Source of the DNA: Nemertoderma westbladi
Lineage: Eukaryota; Animalia; Xenacoelomorpha
Direction: 5' to 3'
DNA length: 64,000 bases
Assembly: GCA_032718475.1 (NCBI GenBank)
Contig: JAUCBJ010008068.1
Location: forward strand, 28,393 to 92,392
Below are positions 28,514-41,193 of the stretch, piece after piece (position 1 is the stretch's first letter; the number at the start of each line of letters is the position of its first letter). The position numbers were made by a program, and so were the translations under genes. Below the pieces are notes generated by a model. It did not search any database. It was not told the origin of the DNA and was given only the letters and a program-made list of their open reading frames with translations.

Positions 28514-28968
28514 CTGGAATATGAATTTAATTGAATTATGAGACAGGTCCAGCAAAATAATTGTGATATAGTTAGTAATTATTTCAAAAATAAATAGCAA
28601 TAAACTTAACAATAATAAACTAAATACAGATAGAAGAGATTCACAACTTTCTAATACAACGGAAATTATCGGCCGCTTTGCGCGCTCTTTAACTGTGTTT
28701 CATAAACTGAACAACGAAAATACTAAGTAACACCCAGAATCCAAATTAAATCCACATAACGCTTAAATCTATATCTATAAATATCACCTACCATAACAAA
28801 AAGTAAGCATAGATTAATGAATGGCTCTAGCTCTCGAAAACAACAAACATCTGATATCACTACTGAGAAATGAACATATTTCTAGCTAAAGTGATAAAAG
28901 TTCAGTTGAAAAAAATTCAAATTTATTCATTTATACTTTCTATAAGATGTGATGATATATAATTTCAC

Positions 28969-29112
28969 CTCTTAGCTCCCATTGATGCGGGTCGCATTCG
29001 TCCCCACCCCACATTGATGGAACTTCCTCAACTCGTTCCCAGGGAGCGAACCCAGTCGGGCAATCACCCCGGCAATCATCTGATAAGGTCCAGTCACCGA
29101 GCACACAGTCAA
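28969..29112 (-). CDS. Mosaic gene, visible exon 5: divergent spondin-type TSP1 repeat
   Basis: ttccgcag acceptor, gtgaaa donor, phase 1-1; (V)DCVLGDWTLSDDCRGDCPTGFAPWERVEEVPSMWGGDECDPHQWELR. Confidence 0.8.
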
Positions 29113-29289
29113 CTGCGGAAATACATGTTATATTGTATCAAATTTTTTTATATAAAGAGATCGAATAAGAATTGATTAGATTAATTAATTGATAAGATAA
29201 GATTCTTCGAATGTAGCAATCAATTTGTAAACATTAAAATAATGATATTATAAAATACTTTTGTTCATAAATTGAAAGAATGCAGAAGC

Positions 29290-29377
29290 ACGTCACCGGG
29301 GGTTGAACCAGCGCTATACGAGCGTTTCGGCCAATCAGGCCTGGTAAGTAGCGCTAACCAGTTCAGCCACTTGCCCC
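29290..29377 (-). mobile_element. tRNA-derived SINE head / Pol III promoter relic
   Basis: Minus strand GGGGCAAG-TGGCTGAACTGG (A box)...GGTTCAACCCC (B box); does not close a tRNA cloverleaf. Confidence 0.65.
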
Positions 29378-29570
29378 TGACTCTTCCATTCCTATTTAAT
29401 CCCAATCAATTAAGCAGGCAGTCTTATGTTGCATATCCATCACATTAAAATAGTTTAAAAGCAGAAACTTTGGATTACAATGAATCTTTAAAACTAATAC
29501 TTTATCCATGAAAATAAAGTCTAATTTCAATAAGTTCGTAACTACAATGATACTTTCGTGTTAATCTAAC

Positions 29571-29766
29571 CTTTTCCAAAAACCTGCAATTCGCAAATTG
29601 TCAACGCGTCATTTGTATGCTGATATACCCATACGTAACGACCTTCAATCCAGTTACATATTAACATATTTTCTTCGGCTGCAATTAGCGCCCCAGTACA
29701 ACCAGGAGATGAAGGCACCAGGGATGCTATAAAGACCTCGTCAGGCAACTCGTTGGTTACATGGAC
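29571..29766 (-). CDS. Mosaic gene, visible exon 4: C-terminal half of F-type lectin domain
   Basis: ttgcag acceptor, gttaga donor, phase 0-1; VHVTNELPD...CNWIEGRYVWVYQHTNDALTICELQVFGK (GRYV and LTICELQV motifs). Confidence 0.9.
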
Positions 29767-30262
29767 CTGCAAAATAATGCCTTAGTATAAAAATTTGTTT
29801 ACAAAATTACCCAAACTAATTAATTCACAACTGGATTATTTTTATTAATTTTTAGAAGACAAATTTCACTTAAATTTCCTCTCATAATACGAATGAGGAA
29901 TAAATGATACAAAAATTTTCAGTAAAATATATGTAACCTTGGTAACCTTAGTAAAGTATTATTTTATTGCTTTTGAACTGGGTGTTTTGCGTTATCATTT
30001 ATTGGGATAGACGCAGAATGTTAATATAAAAAGTAAGCCATAAAGTAAGCCAACATTAAAAAGTAAGCAATTTAGTAATCCAACATTAAAAAGTAAGAAA
30101 TTAAGACATAATAATAATATATTGTTTAAGCGCCAATGTTGTTGAAGTACACACAACCTGCATCTGATTTATTGAGGGTATATCTTTAGTTTTTGCGTAT
30201 GTTAGCTTTTCAGAAGTCAGAATTGAGAATTCATATATACTACTCCCACAAGATTATTACTA

Positions 30263-30626
30263 TCCTATTACCACTATGACAGTAAGTAATGTGGTACAAC
30301 GTGATCTATAGTACAGGCAATAATGGTCATAGGTGTATATGCATTGACCAGGCTGAAGGTTATCTACCAATGGCTTGTCAAGTAAAGTGGTCGACTTATA
30401 AAATAGTATAAGCCGACTAAATTGCAAACTGTGTATTACATAGCAAGAGCACAGGACATGGTCGATAGTCTGACTAATTAACTTCAGCCAATGGTAGGCC
30501 ATGTAGCTAGCTATATAAGTGACACCAGTAGGTAGGTGATGATGGGCCCAATGCCAACTGCACTGCGAAGCCCACCCTGTGGACAGCCAAACCAGGGTTG
30601 GTACCTCATACTCATTGTTAGTATGG
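30263..30626 (+). mobile_element. Orphan diverged homologue of the RTE 5' leader (non-autonomous element or 3'-deleted RTE relic)
   Basis: Colinear blocks shared with 41209-41600: TTGA(C/T)CAGGC(T/A)GAAGGT..ACCAATGGCT.GTCAAGTA, GCCAATGGT(A/G)GGCCAT, GATGGGCCCA, CCCACCCTGTGGAC..G.CAAACCAGGGT..GGTACCT; no ORF follows. Confidence 0.8.
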
Positions 30627-31371
30627 CTTTTAATTTTTAATTTACATTATTTACATAAAAACTTTTATACCCACCAAGCACCAACAACACTGTCAATAAA
30701 AACTAAAAAGGCAAAAAGGGCGGTAAATTTTAAATATTGTGTTTTACTTTGGCTTGCCAGTTTGTGTAACACTGTACAACTGATGTACCACTCACTGAAC
30801 AGGGGGGGGGGGGGGGGGGGGGGTTATGGGTGTCTGGGCAGTCCAGCGCCATGCTCCCATGCCGTTACCTATATTAGATTGGTTGTAATGCACTGTACCA
30901 ATAAATAATATACATGAAAAGAATAGCTTACCATTTACTACACATGAATAGCTTGCGCGGTCATCTGACATCCAATTTGATTCTCTTGGCAAGGCTCCCT
31001 GGTTGTAGGTTGACCTTTGGGATCCTTACAAGCTGAGGTGCTAATAGATTTCCTATTTTTGTTAATAACTGTATGAGGTGACATATTGGTTTTCTGGGTG
31101 AAGAAGTGCCTCAGGGATAGCTCCCGTAACACACACCTTCTGCTGAAGTCAGCATGGGCCTTACACCTTACCCCTTACACCTCAATCCCTTGTTCTTTGC
31201 CTCACAGCTCAAGTACGCCTTAGGTGTACAGAAACCATATCAATCGAAATTCAACGAATTTTACAAGATTTCATCTTTAACAATGAACTATTTTCAGCTA
31301 GGCCACAGTTTCAGAAGAAACCTGGGAAAATGTATAACCACACAGGCCCTTCGCATAGCCACGGACATAGC

Positions 31372-34300
31372 ATATCCACGGTGTATGATTGCTTCGGACT
31401 AAACATACCCATGGGCTAAGCATACCCATGGGCTAAGCATACGCACGAGCTATGTATACCCAAATGGCTGCACATACCCACGGGCTACGCATACCCACGG
31501 GCTGCGCATACCCATGGGCTATGCATACCCACGGGCTACGCATACCCATGGGCTACGCATACCCAAAGGGCTACGCATTCCCAAAGCGCTACCCATACCT
31601 ACGGGCTATGCATACCCACGTATTATGAATACCTATGGGCTACACATACCCATGGGTAAGCATACCCATGGGCTAAGCATACGCACGAGCTATGCATACC
31701 CAAATGGTTGCACATACCCACGGGCTATGTATACCCATGGATTACGCATACCCATGGGCTACACATGCACATGGGTTAAATACAACCATGGGCTACGCAT
31801 ACTCAAAGGGCTACGCATACCCATGGGCTACGCATTCCCAAAGCGCTACGCATACCCATGGGCTAAGCATACCCATGGGCTACACATACCCATGGGCTAA
31901 GCATACGCACGAGCTATGCATACCCAAATGACTGCACATTACCACGGGCTATGTATACCCATGGGTTACGCATACCCATGGGCTACACATGCCATGGGTT
32001 ACACATACACGTGGGCTACACATACCCATGGGCTACACATACCCAATGGGCTACGCATACCCATGGGCTACACATACCCATGGGCTATGTATTCCCATGG
32101 GTTACGCAAACCCATGGACTACACATATCCATGGGATATGCATAACCATGGGCTACGCATACCCATGGGCTACACATACCCAAAGGGCTACGCATACTCA
32201 TGGGCTTCACATACCCATGGGCTACACATACCCAAAGGGCTACGCATACCCATGGGCTACACATACCCATGGGCTATGCATACCCATGGGCTACGTATAC
32301 CCATGGGCTACACATACCCATGGGCTATGCATACCCATTGGTTACACATACCCATGGGCTACACATACCGAAAGGGCTACGCATACCCATGGGCTACACA
32401 ACACATACCCATGGGCTATGCATGCCCATGGGTTACACATGCCCATGGGCTACACATACCCAAATGGCTACACATACCCATGGGCTACACATACCCAAAG
32501 GGCTACGCATACCTATGGGCTACACATACCCTACGGGCTACGCATACCTATGGGCTACACATACCCAAAGGGCTACGCATACCCATGGGCTACACATACC
32601 CATGGGCTACACATACCCAAAGGCCTACGCATTCCCAAAGCGCTACGCATACCTATGGGCTACGCATACCCACGTATTATGAATACCTATGGGCTACACA
32701 TACACATGGGCTAAGCATACGCACGAGCTATGCATACCCAAATGACTGCACATTGCCACGGGCTATGTATACCCATGGGTTACGCATACCCATGGGCTAC
32801 ACATGCCATGGGTTACACATACCCAAGGGCTACACATACCCAAAGGGCTACGCATACCCATGGGCTACACATACCCATGGGCTATGCATACCCATGGGCT
32901 ACGTATACCCATGGGCTACACATACCCATGGGCTATGCATACCCATTGGTTACACATACCCATGGGCTACACATACCGAAAGGGCTACGCATACCCATGA
33001 GCTACACAACACATACCCATGGGCTATGCATGCCCATGGGTTACACATACCCATGGGCTACACATACCCAAATGGCTACACATACACATGGGCTACACAT
33101 ACCCAAAGGGCTACGCATACCTATGGGCTACACATACCCAAAGGGCTACGCATACCCATGGGCTACACAACACATACCCATGGGCTATGCATACCCATGG
33201 TCTACGCATACCCATTGGCTACACATACCCAAAGGGCTACGCATAATCATGGGCTACACATACCCATGGGCTACACATACCCAAAGGCCTACGCATTCCC
33301 AAAGCGCTACGCATACCTATGGGCTATGCATACCCACGTATTATGAATACCTATGGGCTACACATACACATGGGCTAAGCATACCCATGGGCTAAGCATA
33401 CGCACGAGCTATGCATACCCAAATGGCTGCACATACCCACGGGCTGTGCATACCCAAAGGCCTACGCATTCCCAAAGCGCTACGCATACCTATGGGCTAC
33501 GCATACCCACGTATTATGAATACCTATGGGCTACACATACCCATGGGTTAAGCATACCCATGGGCTAAGCATACCCATGGGCTAAGCATACGCACGAGCT
33601 ATGCATACCCAAATGGCTGCACATACCCACGGGCTACGCATACCCATGGGCTACGCATACCCAAAGGCCTACGCATTCCCAAAGTGCTACGCATACCTAT
33701 GGGCTACGCATACCCACGTATTATGAATACCTATGGGCTACACATACCCATGGGTTAAGCATACCCATGGGCTAAGCATACCCATGGGCTAAGCATACGC
33801 ACGAGCTATGCATACCCAAATGGCTGCACATACCCACGGGCTACGCATACCCATGGGCTACGCATACCCAAAGGCCTACGCATTCCCAAAGCGCTACGCA
33901 TACCTATGGGCTAAACATGCCCATGGGCTAAGCATACGTACGAGCTATGCATACCCAAATGGCTGCACATACCAACGGACTACGCATACCAATGGACTAA
34001 GCATACCCATGGGCTAAGCATAAGCACGAGCTATGCATACCCAAATGGCTGCACATACCCACGGGCTATGTATACCCATGGATTACGCATACCCATGGGC
34101 TACACATGCACATGGGTTACATATAACCATGGGCTACGCATACCCAAAGGGCTATGCATACCCATGGGCTACGCATTCACAAAGCGCTACGCATACCCAT
34201 GGGCTAAGCATACCCACGGGCTACACATACCCATGGGCTAAGCATACGCACGAGCTATGCATACCCAAATGGCTGCACATTACCACGGGCTATGTATACC

Positions 34301-35645
34301 CATGGGGTACGCATACCCATGGGCTACACATGCCATGGGTTACACATACACATGGGCTACACATACCCAAAGGGCTACACATACCCATGGGCTACACATA
34401 CCCATGGGCTATGAATACCCATGGGCTACGCATACCTATGGGCTACACATACCCATGGGCTATGCATACCGATGGGCTACACATACCCATGGGCTACGCA
34501 TACCCATGGACAATGCATACCCATGGGCTATGCATACCCATGTGCTAAGCATACCTATGGGCTACACATACCCATGGGCTACACATACCCATGGGCTATG
34601 CATACCCATGGGCTATGCATACCCATGGGCTCGCATCCCCATGGGCTACACATACCCAAAGGGATATGCATACCCATGGGCTACACATACCCATGGACTA
34701 CACATACCCATGCGCTACACATACCCATGGGCTACACATACCCATGGACTACACATACCCATGCGCTACACATACCCATGGGCTACGAATACCCAAAGGG
34801 ATTTGCATACCCATGGGCTACGCATACCCAAAGGGCTATGCATACCCATGGGCTACACATACCCATGGGCTATGCATACCCATGGGCTACACATACCCAT
34901 GGGCCATACATACCCATGGGCTACGTATACCCAAAGGGCTATGCATACCCATGCGCTACACACACCCATGGGCTACGCATACTCAAAGGAAGGGCAATGC
35001 ATACCCATGGGCTTCGCATACCCAAAGGGCTACGCATACCCATGGGCTATGCATACCAATGGGCTACACATACCCATGGGCTATGCATACACATGGGCTA
35101 TGCATACCGATGGGCTACACATACCCATGGGATACACATACCCAAACGGCTACGCATACCCAAAGGGCTATGCATACACATGGGCTACACATAACCATGG
35201 GCTATGCATACCCATGGGCTATGCATACCCATGGGCTACACATACACATGGGCTATGCATACCCAAAGGGCTACACATACCCATGCGCTACACATACCCA
35301 TGGGCTACGCAAACCCAAAGGGCTACGCAAACCCATGGGCTACACATACCCATGGGCTATGCATACCCATGGGCTACACATACCCATGGGCTATGCATAC
35401 CCAAAGGGCTACACATACCCATGGGCTACACATACCCATGGGCTATGCATACCCATGGGATACGCATACCTATGGGCTACACATACCCATGAGCTATGCA
35501 TACCCATGGGCTACGCATACCCATGGGCTATGCATACCCATGGGCTACACATACCCATGGGCTTTGCATACCCATGGGCTACTCATACCCATGGGCTGCG
35601 CATACCCATGGGCTACACAACACATTACCATGGGCTACGCATTCC
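31372..35645. repeat. 17-bp minisatellite (CCCATGGGCTACACATA and variants) with higher-order block duplications; lies in the intron splitting the F-lectin domain
   Basis: Period 17; palindromic core CCCATGGG; source of all MGYTYPWATHTHGL pseudo-ORFs. Confidence 0.97.
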
Positions 35646-35754
35646 ATCTAAACAAACCAACGGGCTAACTACACGCAACTGGACACATGAGTCCCAATGA
35701 CTGACTTGACGAACCACTTGTAATAAAGAAATAAATATATTTTCGAGTAATTAC

Positions 35755-35981
35755 CGTTGCTCCAGCAATTCTGTCACTGCAGCAATCCATCCGGTTATAT
35801 ATTTTTACGTATTCCACATGTGCAACGAAACTCAAGTCAACGTAGAGCCAGTTAGGTGATACATGGTCAGTGTGTGTACACAGTCCACCAAAAGTTTCAG
35901 TGTTTCCATCTACTGCTCGTGGTGCGTACCCATCATTATATGTACTATCTTGCATCGCCACTTTTCCCTGGGCCAAGTTTC
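35755..35981 (-). CDS. Mosaic gene, visible exon 3: N-terminal half of F-type lectin (fucolectin/FTP) domain
   Basis: ctgcag acceptor, gtaatt donor, phase 1-0; NLAQGKVAMQDST...RAVDGN...CTHT...NWLYVDL...IYNRMDCCSDR, matching H-x26-R-x-D-x4-R. Confidence 0.93.
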
Positions 35982-36140
35982 CTGCAGATACAAAATGAAA
36001 ATTATACAAAATGAAAAATATTAAAACGAAACCTTTTATTAAACTAAGTAAGTTAAAAGTGGCTTTATGCAACTTTACATTATTGCGAAAAAATTAATAT
36101 TAGTTCGATAAAAAAATATTTGAAGTAAAAGCTTGAGCAA

Positions 36141-36763
36141 CCAATAATTTCGAATTATATTTATTTATTTATCAACCACGTTAAGTAAAAAACCTTACCG
36201 GTAGGTGTGTTAGTACCAAAGTATGTAAAAAACTAAAAAGCAACAAGACCTAGACGTTGCATGCAATCAGTGATCAGCTGGCAGCAGCCAGTTGATCGGT
36301 AGGTTTCGCCCCGCAGCTGAAGGCATGTAAGGTCTGTAAGGTAAGTAACTAACCACTACTGAGAAGCAGCACCACAAACTTGCGCCAAACACGTTTCTGC
36401 TTGTTGATAACGGGGTTGCGTGTTTGAATGTAATACATTTCAAGCTTTTGCAAGACTGGCCGCAATTGGAATTCTAGCAATTACGTTGAAATGTTTCAAC
36501 AATTCACGCCAGTCAGTCAGCCAACGAATTTCTCTCTACATTTCCCGGCTTGGCTTCCGGAGAATGTCTTTAGCTGCGGGGTGAAATCTACTGATCACCT
36601 GGCTGATACTGCTGTCAGCTGATCACTAATTGCATGCAACGTCTAGGTCTTGTTGCTTTTTAGTTTGTTGCATACTTTGCTACTAACACACCTACCGGTA
36701 AGGTTTTTTACTTAATGTGATTGATAAATAAATAAAGATAATTCGTCAAATTAATATTATTGG
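36141..36763. mobile_element. MITE/foldback element with ~180-bp imperfect inverted arms
   Basis: ~36151-36327 is the reverse complement of ~36564-36746 (e.g. AAAAAACCTTACCGGTAGGTGTGTTAGTA vs TACTAACACACCTACCGGTAAGGTTTTTT); non-coding spacer. Confidence 0.85.
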
Positions 36764-36873
36764 GAAAAAATTTAGATTATTACGAAAAAAATTAGTTTTA
36801 TTGCGATGCAATTAATGTTTTTTTTTGCAGTACTATTAACTATACTTTAATTATTATTGGCATTTATATATAT

Positions 36874-39345
36874 ATACTATTACTACTACTATTACAACTA
36901 CAACTAGGTTGAGCGAGCACGGGCAGTGGAAATGGGATCCTTCCAGGATTCCCGATTCTCCATAGTTGTCGCAATTTCATTTCACTCAAGTACGTATCCC
37001 TTTCAAGTTGGTCTATATGTAGTGCCCTCTGAATCTTAATCTGCGTTCACGGAGGGTGATTGATACAGGTGGTATTGCACCATAAAGCTAGGAGTTTGTC
37101 ATGTGTTCTCTCCAGCTGTTGTTTAAAGCTGCCCTTAGTCTTGTGTTTATGTAGCAACCAACAAACGTTGTTCAAGTGATTTCGCCTATATAAAAGTTCA
37201 CTTCCCACTGTGTTACAAAGAACTTAGTCGTCAGGTGCCTGGAGAGGTCTGATTTCCAGATGGTATCCATTTTTGATAGAGCTATCCAAGCCTTTACTTT
37301 CCTAACTTCTATGTCTTTTTTGCTACTCTCTATCCGTGACCCAAGGTACTGGAAGTCGTCAATCTTCCTTAGTTGATTATTATCAATTGCGGTCAAGTTT
37401 CCATCAACATTAAAAGTCATGGATTCAGTCTTGGTAGCATTTATATGCAATCCAACCTCTTTAGCAGCCCTCTTCACTTTATTCAGTAGAAGCTCTCATA
37501 CATCTGCAAGCGTATTAGAGAGCAGGGCGATGTCATCCGCAAAGTCGGTGTCTGTGACTGTAGTTGCCGGATATGTACTACTTCTGCGTTCTTGAAGTGT
37601 GAATCCCAGATCTTCACCCTTTGTGGCTGTCCTCATTGCGTAATCCAATACAATTACGAATAGTAAAGGCACCAATGTGTCACCTTGCAGTACGCCAGCA
37701 AGGATTGAGAAGAACTCAGTTTCATCATCTGGTTAGAGTACCTGAGCTTCTGTGTCACAATATAACAATCCAATGCAAGCAACGATTACTTCTGGTATTC
37801 CATAAGGTCTTGGGATTTCAAGCATTTTGCCTCTATGGATGGAGTCGAATGCCTTCTTGAAGTTCACAAAGGTCATGACTGTGGGGAGATTCGTTGACTT
37901 AATTCATTCAATCAGTCTCCGTAGTGCAAGTATCTGAGCTATTGTTGATCTACTTGGTCGAAATCCGTTTTGGCTCTTACGCAGTAGTTTCTCTATGTGA
38001 GGCCTAATTCTATATAGAATCATTTCATTTTATATTTTGGCAGCTACCACAAGTAGACAGATCCCACGATAGTTTGTTGGTATACCGAGGTCTCCTTTCT
38101 TGGGGAGAGGCTTTAGTTGACCTTTAGTACAAATGGGTGGTGGCTTTTCCCCTTTTAACATCCGGTTGCAAACATTCAATAATGGTCTGTTTAGCACTCC
38201 TGTTTTCCATACCTCCGCTGGGATTTCATCTAATCCACTCGCTTTATTATTGGACATGCTTTTAATGATTCTTTGGGGTTCGGCAGGTGTGAAATCCCCT
38301 GTTTCTATAGGTAGTGTCTTGTCATATATTTTCCCTGCAGGGCTGACCTCGATGTTTGGTGGCTGCCCAAGCAAGTTGCTGTAGTGATTTTTCCACTTCC
38401 CAACACGTTCTTCAGGACTATCGGCTTTGAGGCGCCCCTTTGCACAACTTTTCAAACCAGATACCTTATTTACAGTTTGCCAGGTAATGCTTTTTTAGAG
38501 TTCAGCAGGTATGAAGTCCCATGTTTCAATAGGTAGCGTCTTGTCACATATTTTCCCTGTAGGGCTGACCTCGATGTTTGGTGGCTGCCAAAACAAGTTG
38601 CTGAATTGATCTTTCCATTTCTCAACACGTTCTTCAGGACTATCAGCTTTGATGCGCCACTTAGAACAACTTTTCCGAACAGATAACTCCAGTTTGCCAG
38701 GTAAGTCCTGATTGTTGCTGTATTTGAGCAGTTGTAATTTCTTCAATTTTGTCCTGTATGTACTTCTCCTGGCTGATGTTGTAGTTGATGGCTGATGCCT
38801 GACTTTGGAGGCTATCTTATGATCTTCTCTCTTACAAGTAACCTCAGAGTCTTGCCATGGTTTCTGAACAAATTGCCTCTTGGCTGATTTTTTGTGGGCT
38901 TTTATTATATTCTAGTATATTGAATCGGTAGACTGGGCTTCATCCATTAACTGAAGTACTTCAAAGCGGTTTTGTACTTTTACTGTGTAAGCATCCTTTA
39001 CTGTATTGTCAGTTTGGAGTTATTCTCAGTCATGGGTTTGCTTGTCCTGGATAAGCTGGCTCTCAAACTGAGTCTGATTCTGCAGTCACGATTCCAATTA
39101 GGTTAAACGAGCTGCATGCGTGGCAGTTAATAATGCTGTTTCTTCACTTTTTGTTGATGAGGATGTAATCCAACAGCGCTTTAGTTCCATTCATTGGGGG
39201 TATTGAAAGGTCCATAGCTTCCACCATACTCTTTTCGAATGTGGTGTTTGTTGGTATCAATTCACATTCTTCCATTAGGTCTACGAGTAATCACCCATTC
39301 TGTTCGAACTGGTGTTATAGGTGATGTATAGGTAAACATCACCAT
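36874..39345 (-). mobile_element. Degraded RTE-clade LINE (endonuclease remnants plus RT), with an internal ~220-bp duplication and TAG/TAA-repeat tail
   Basis: NKASGLDEIPAEVWK, PKKGDL..NYRGICL, DFKKAFDS, DFADD (near 37530-37547), GLHINATKT, FQYLGS; KADSPEERV segment present twice (~38270-38485 and ~38495-38705); many disablements. Confidence 0.9.
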
Positions 39346-39471
39346 CCACCATACCCCCTACATGTATGTTAATATAGAAAACAATGTCATTTTTTAAATT
39401 ATTGAAATAACAGCAGTTCAAGCTATAGTGTTGATAAATTATGGCTATTCGATAAACTTTATAATACTTAC

Positions 39472-39627
39472 GGATGCATTGGAATTCGTTACATTCAACT
39501 GTCCTGGAAGTATTTGTACAATTCTGACCAGAAACACCATGCAGGAACTCCCTGGTTTGATTTTGAATTCCCCCGCCACAGGTTTCGTTACACTCTGTGT
39601 CGTTCTGCCACTGAGTATATGTACAGG
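39472..39627 (-). CDS. Mosaic gene, visible exon 2: thrombospondin type-1 repeat
   Basis: atttag acceptor, gtaagt donor, phase 1-1; (A)CTYTQWQNDTECNETCGGGIQNQTREFLHGVSGQNCTNTSRTVECNEFQCI. Confidence 0.88.
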
Positions 39628-40607
39628 CTAAATTATTTGAGAAATAATAAAAGTAAGATTCTTAGATTTTTTATGTTTTATTGATTTTCAATAATTATAA
39701 AGATACAAACATTCATAAAACAATACTGTACCTATTTACGTATTTGTATCTCAAGCAGCACTTTACAGTGTGATGCTCCGAGTGGTATGTTACACAAACG
39801 AACATGGGGAGCGAGCGACAATAAAACCGCGACTGGTAGTTGGCGGAATTTCTCAGTTTTATATTTAATGTAATCACGCTAATATTGTAGGCAAATATTA
39901 TTAATAGGTTGGAGTACGAATGGTAAAATATATTAAAATCAACACGTAATATATTCAGAAAAATATAATAAGCAGGCTATCTATAAAAATATACAGGCTG
40001 TCGGTTAACTGATGGGGGTGGGGGAGGGGGCTCCGATTTTATTAACCAGCAGTAGTGGCCCATATGCTGAGATGCTGAGAGTTATTACGGCACTGTAGAT
40101 GGTTGTATTGAGGTGCCACGTTTCCACAAAGTTTCCATCGGCAGTGGTCATCGGGTGGTGGAATCCGGTGGTAGATCGATAACCTGGTAGCAACGTGTCT
40201 CGGGTCATTCAGATGTCGGGTCCATTTGTTTGACAGAACTCTGGGTTTTCCGTCACAGTTTATTGATAATGCTGCAGTGCTGTTTTTCTGTCAGATGGAC
40301 CTGTTTCACTATATCTTCTACCAAGAAGAATAAACGTCCATTACTTATTGGGTAGCACTAGCGGCTAGGATAGACTATATGGACTCCTAAGGCTTTCTTA
40401 ACGATTATCCTTGGCCCATATTGAGGAGCATACATTTCTCAATTTTTATGATTGTAATTTATTGATAGACCATAAAATTATTAATATGATTATATATATA
40501 TTAAAATACTTTTGGACTTAATTTAAAAAAATATAACACAATCAGTTAATTATATATTTAAACGATAGCAGAGGTAATGGCAACTGTATGTTTAATGTTA
40601 AACGAAC

Positions 40608-40800
40608 CTCCTGGGAATACTTCTACTTCGCATAAAATCAAAGCGCTTTCACTCGATATCGCAACATAACTACCAGTCATATCATAGCAGTCAACTGATT
40701 GTACAGGCTGATCTGCTAAATCAGGGTCACACTTTCCTTCGGTGTAGCCGGTGATTAAATTATCGAGAAAGGCTGGGCTATTGTCATCCACCACAAACAC
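40608..40800 (-). CDS. Mosaic gene, visible exon 1: C-terminal half of an F-type lectin-like domain (upstream exons not located)
   Basis: ttcccag acceptor, gttcgt donor, phase 0-1; VFVVDD...CYDMTGSYVAISSESALILCEVEVFPG, parallel to exon 4. Confidence 0.82.
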
Positions 40801-41083
40801 CTGGGAAGTGTATTAGTATATATATATATATTTTGAATATAGAGCGAATATAATTTATATATTATTTATAGATTCCAGCATTTACTCGGGGCTACTATAT
40901 GAGCAGTTATAATATCGCAGACATAACCCATCCCAAATTATTCCCTGTCAACACTGCGTAAATTATATACACTTCGAAAGTAATTTAGTGCCCATATCCA
41001 TTCAAAATAATAATGAAATTATTAAAAACGATACCGGTATCTAACATTTTATAGATGCTTGTTATACTATTAATTGTTACCAT

Positions 41084-41193
41084 TATATTGTATTTAGGAT
41101 AAAATTAAGGTCAGCGACAGTTTTGTTTAGGTCAGGTCTATATTGTTTTTAGGATAAAATTAAGGTCAGCAACAGTTTTGTTCAGGTCAGGTC
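41084..41193. repeat. 55-bp tandem duplication spanning the 5' junction of the RTE insertion
   Basis: TATATTGT.TTTAGGATAAAATTAAGGTCAGC.ACAGTTTTGTT.AGGTCAGGTC at 41084 and 41139. Confidence 0.93.

Noticed and set aside
29290-29377. Functional tRNA gene
   Set aside because: A and B boxes present, but no acceptor or anticodon stem can be closed.
31514-35700. His/Pro/Tyr-rich repeat proteins
   Set aside because: All three frames give the same peptide from a 17-bp unit; lies within an intron.
40005-40320. Possible exon or element fragment in the lectin gene intron
   Set aside because: In-phase frame stops quickly; no recognisable motif.
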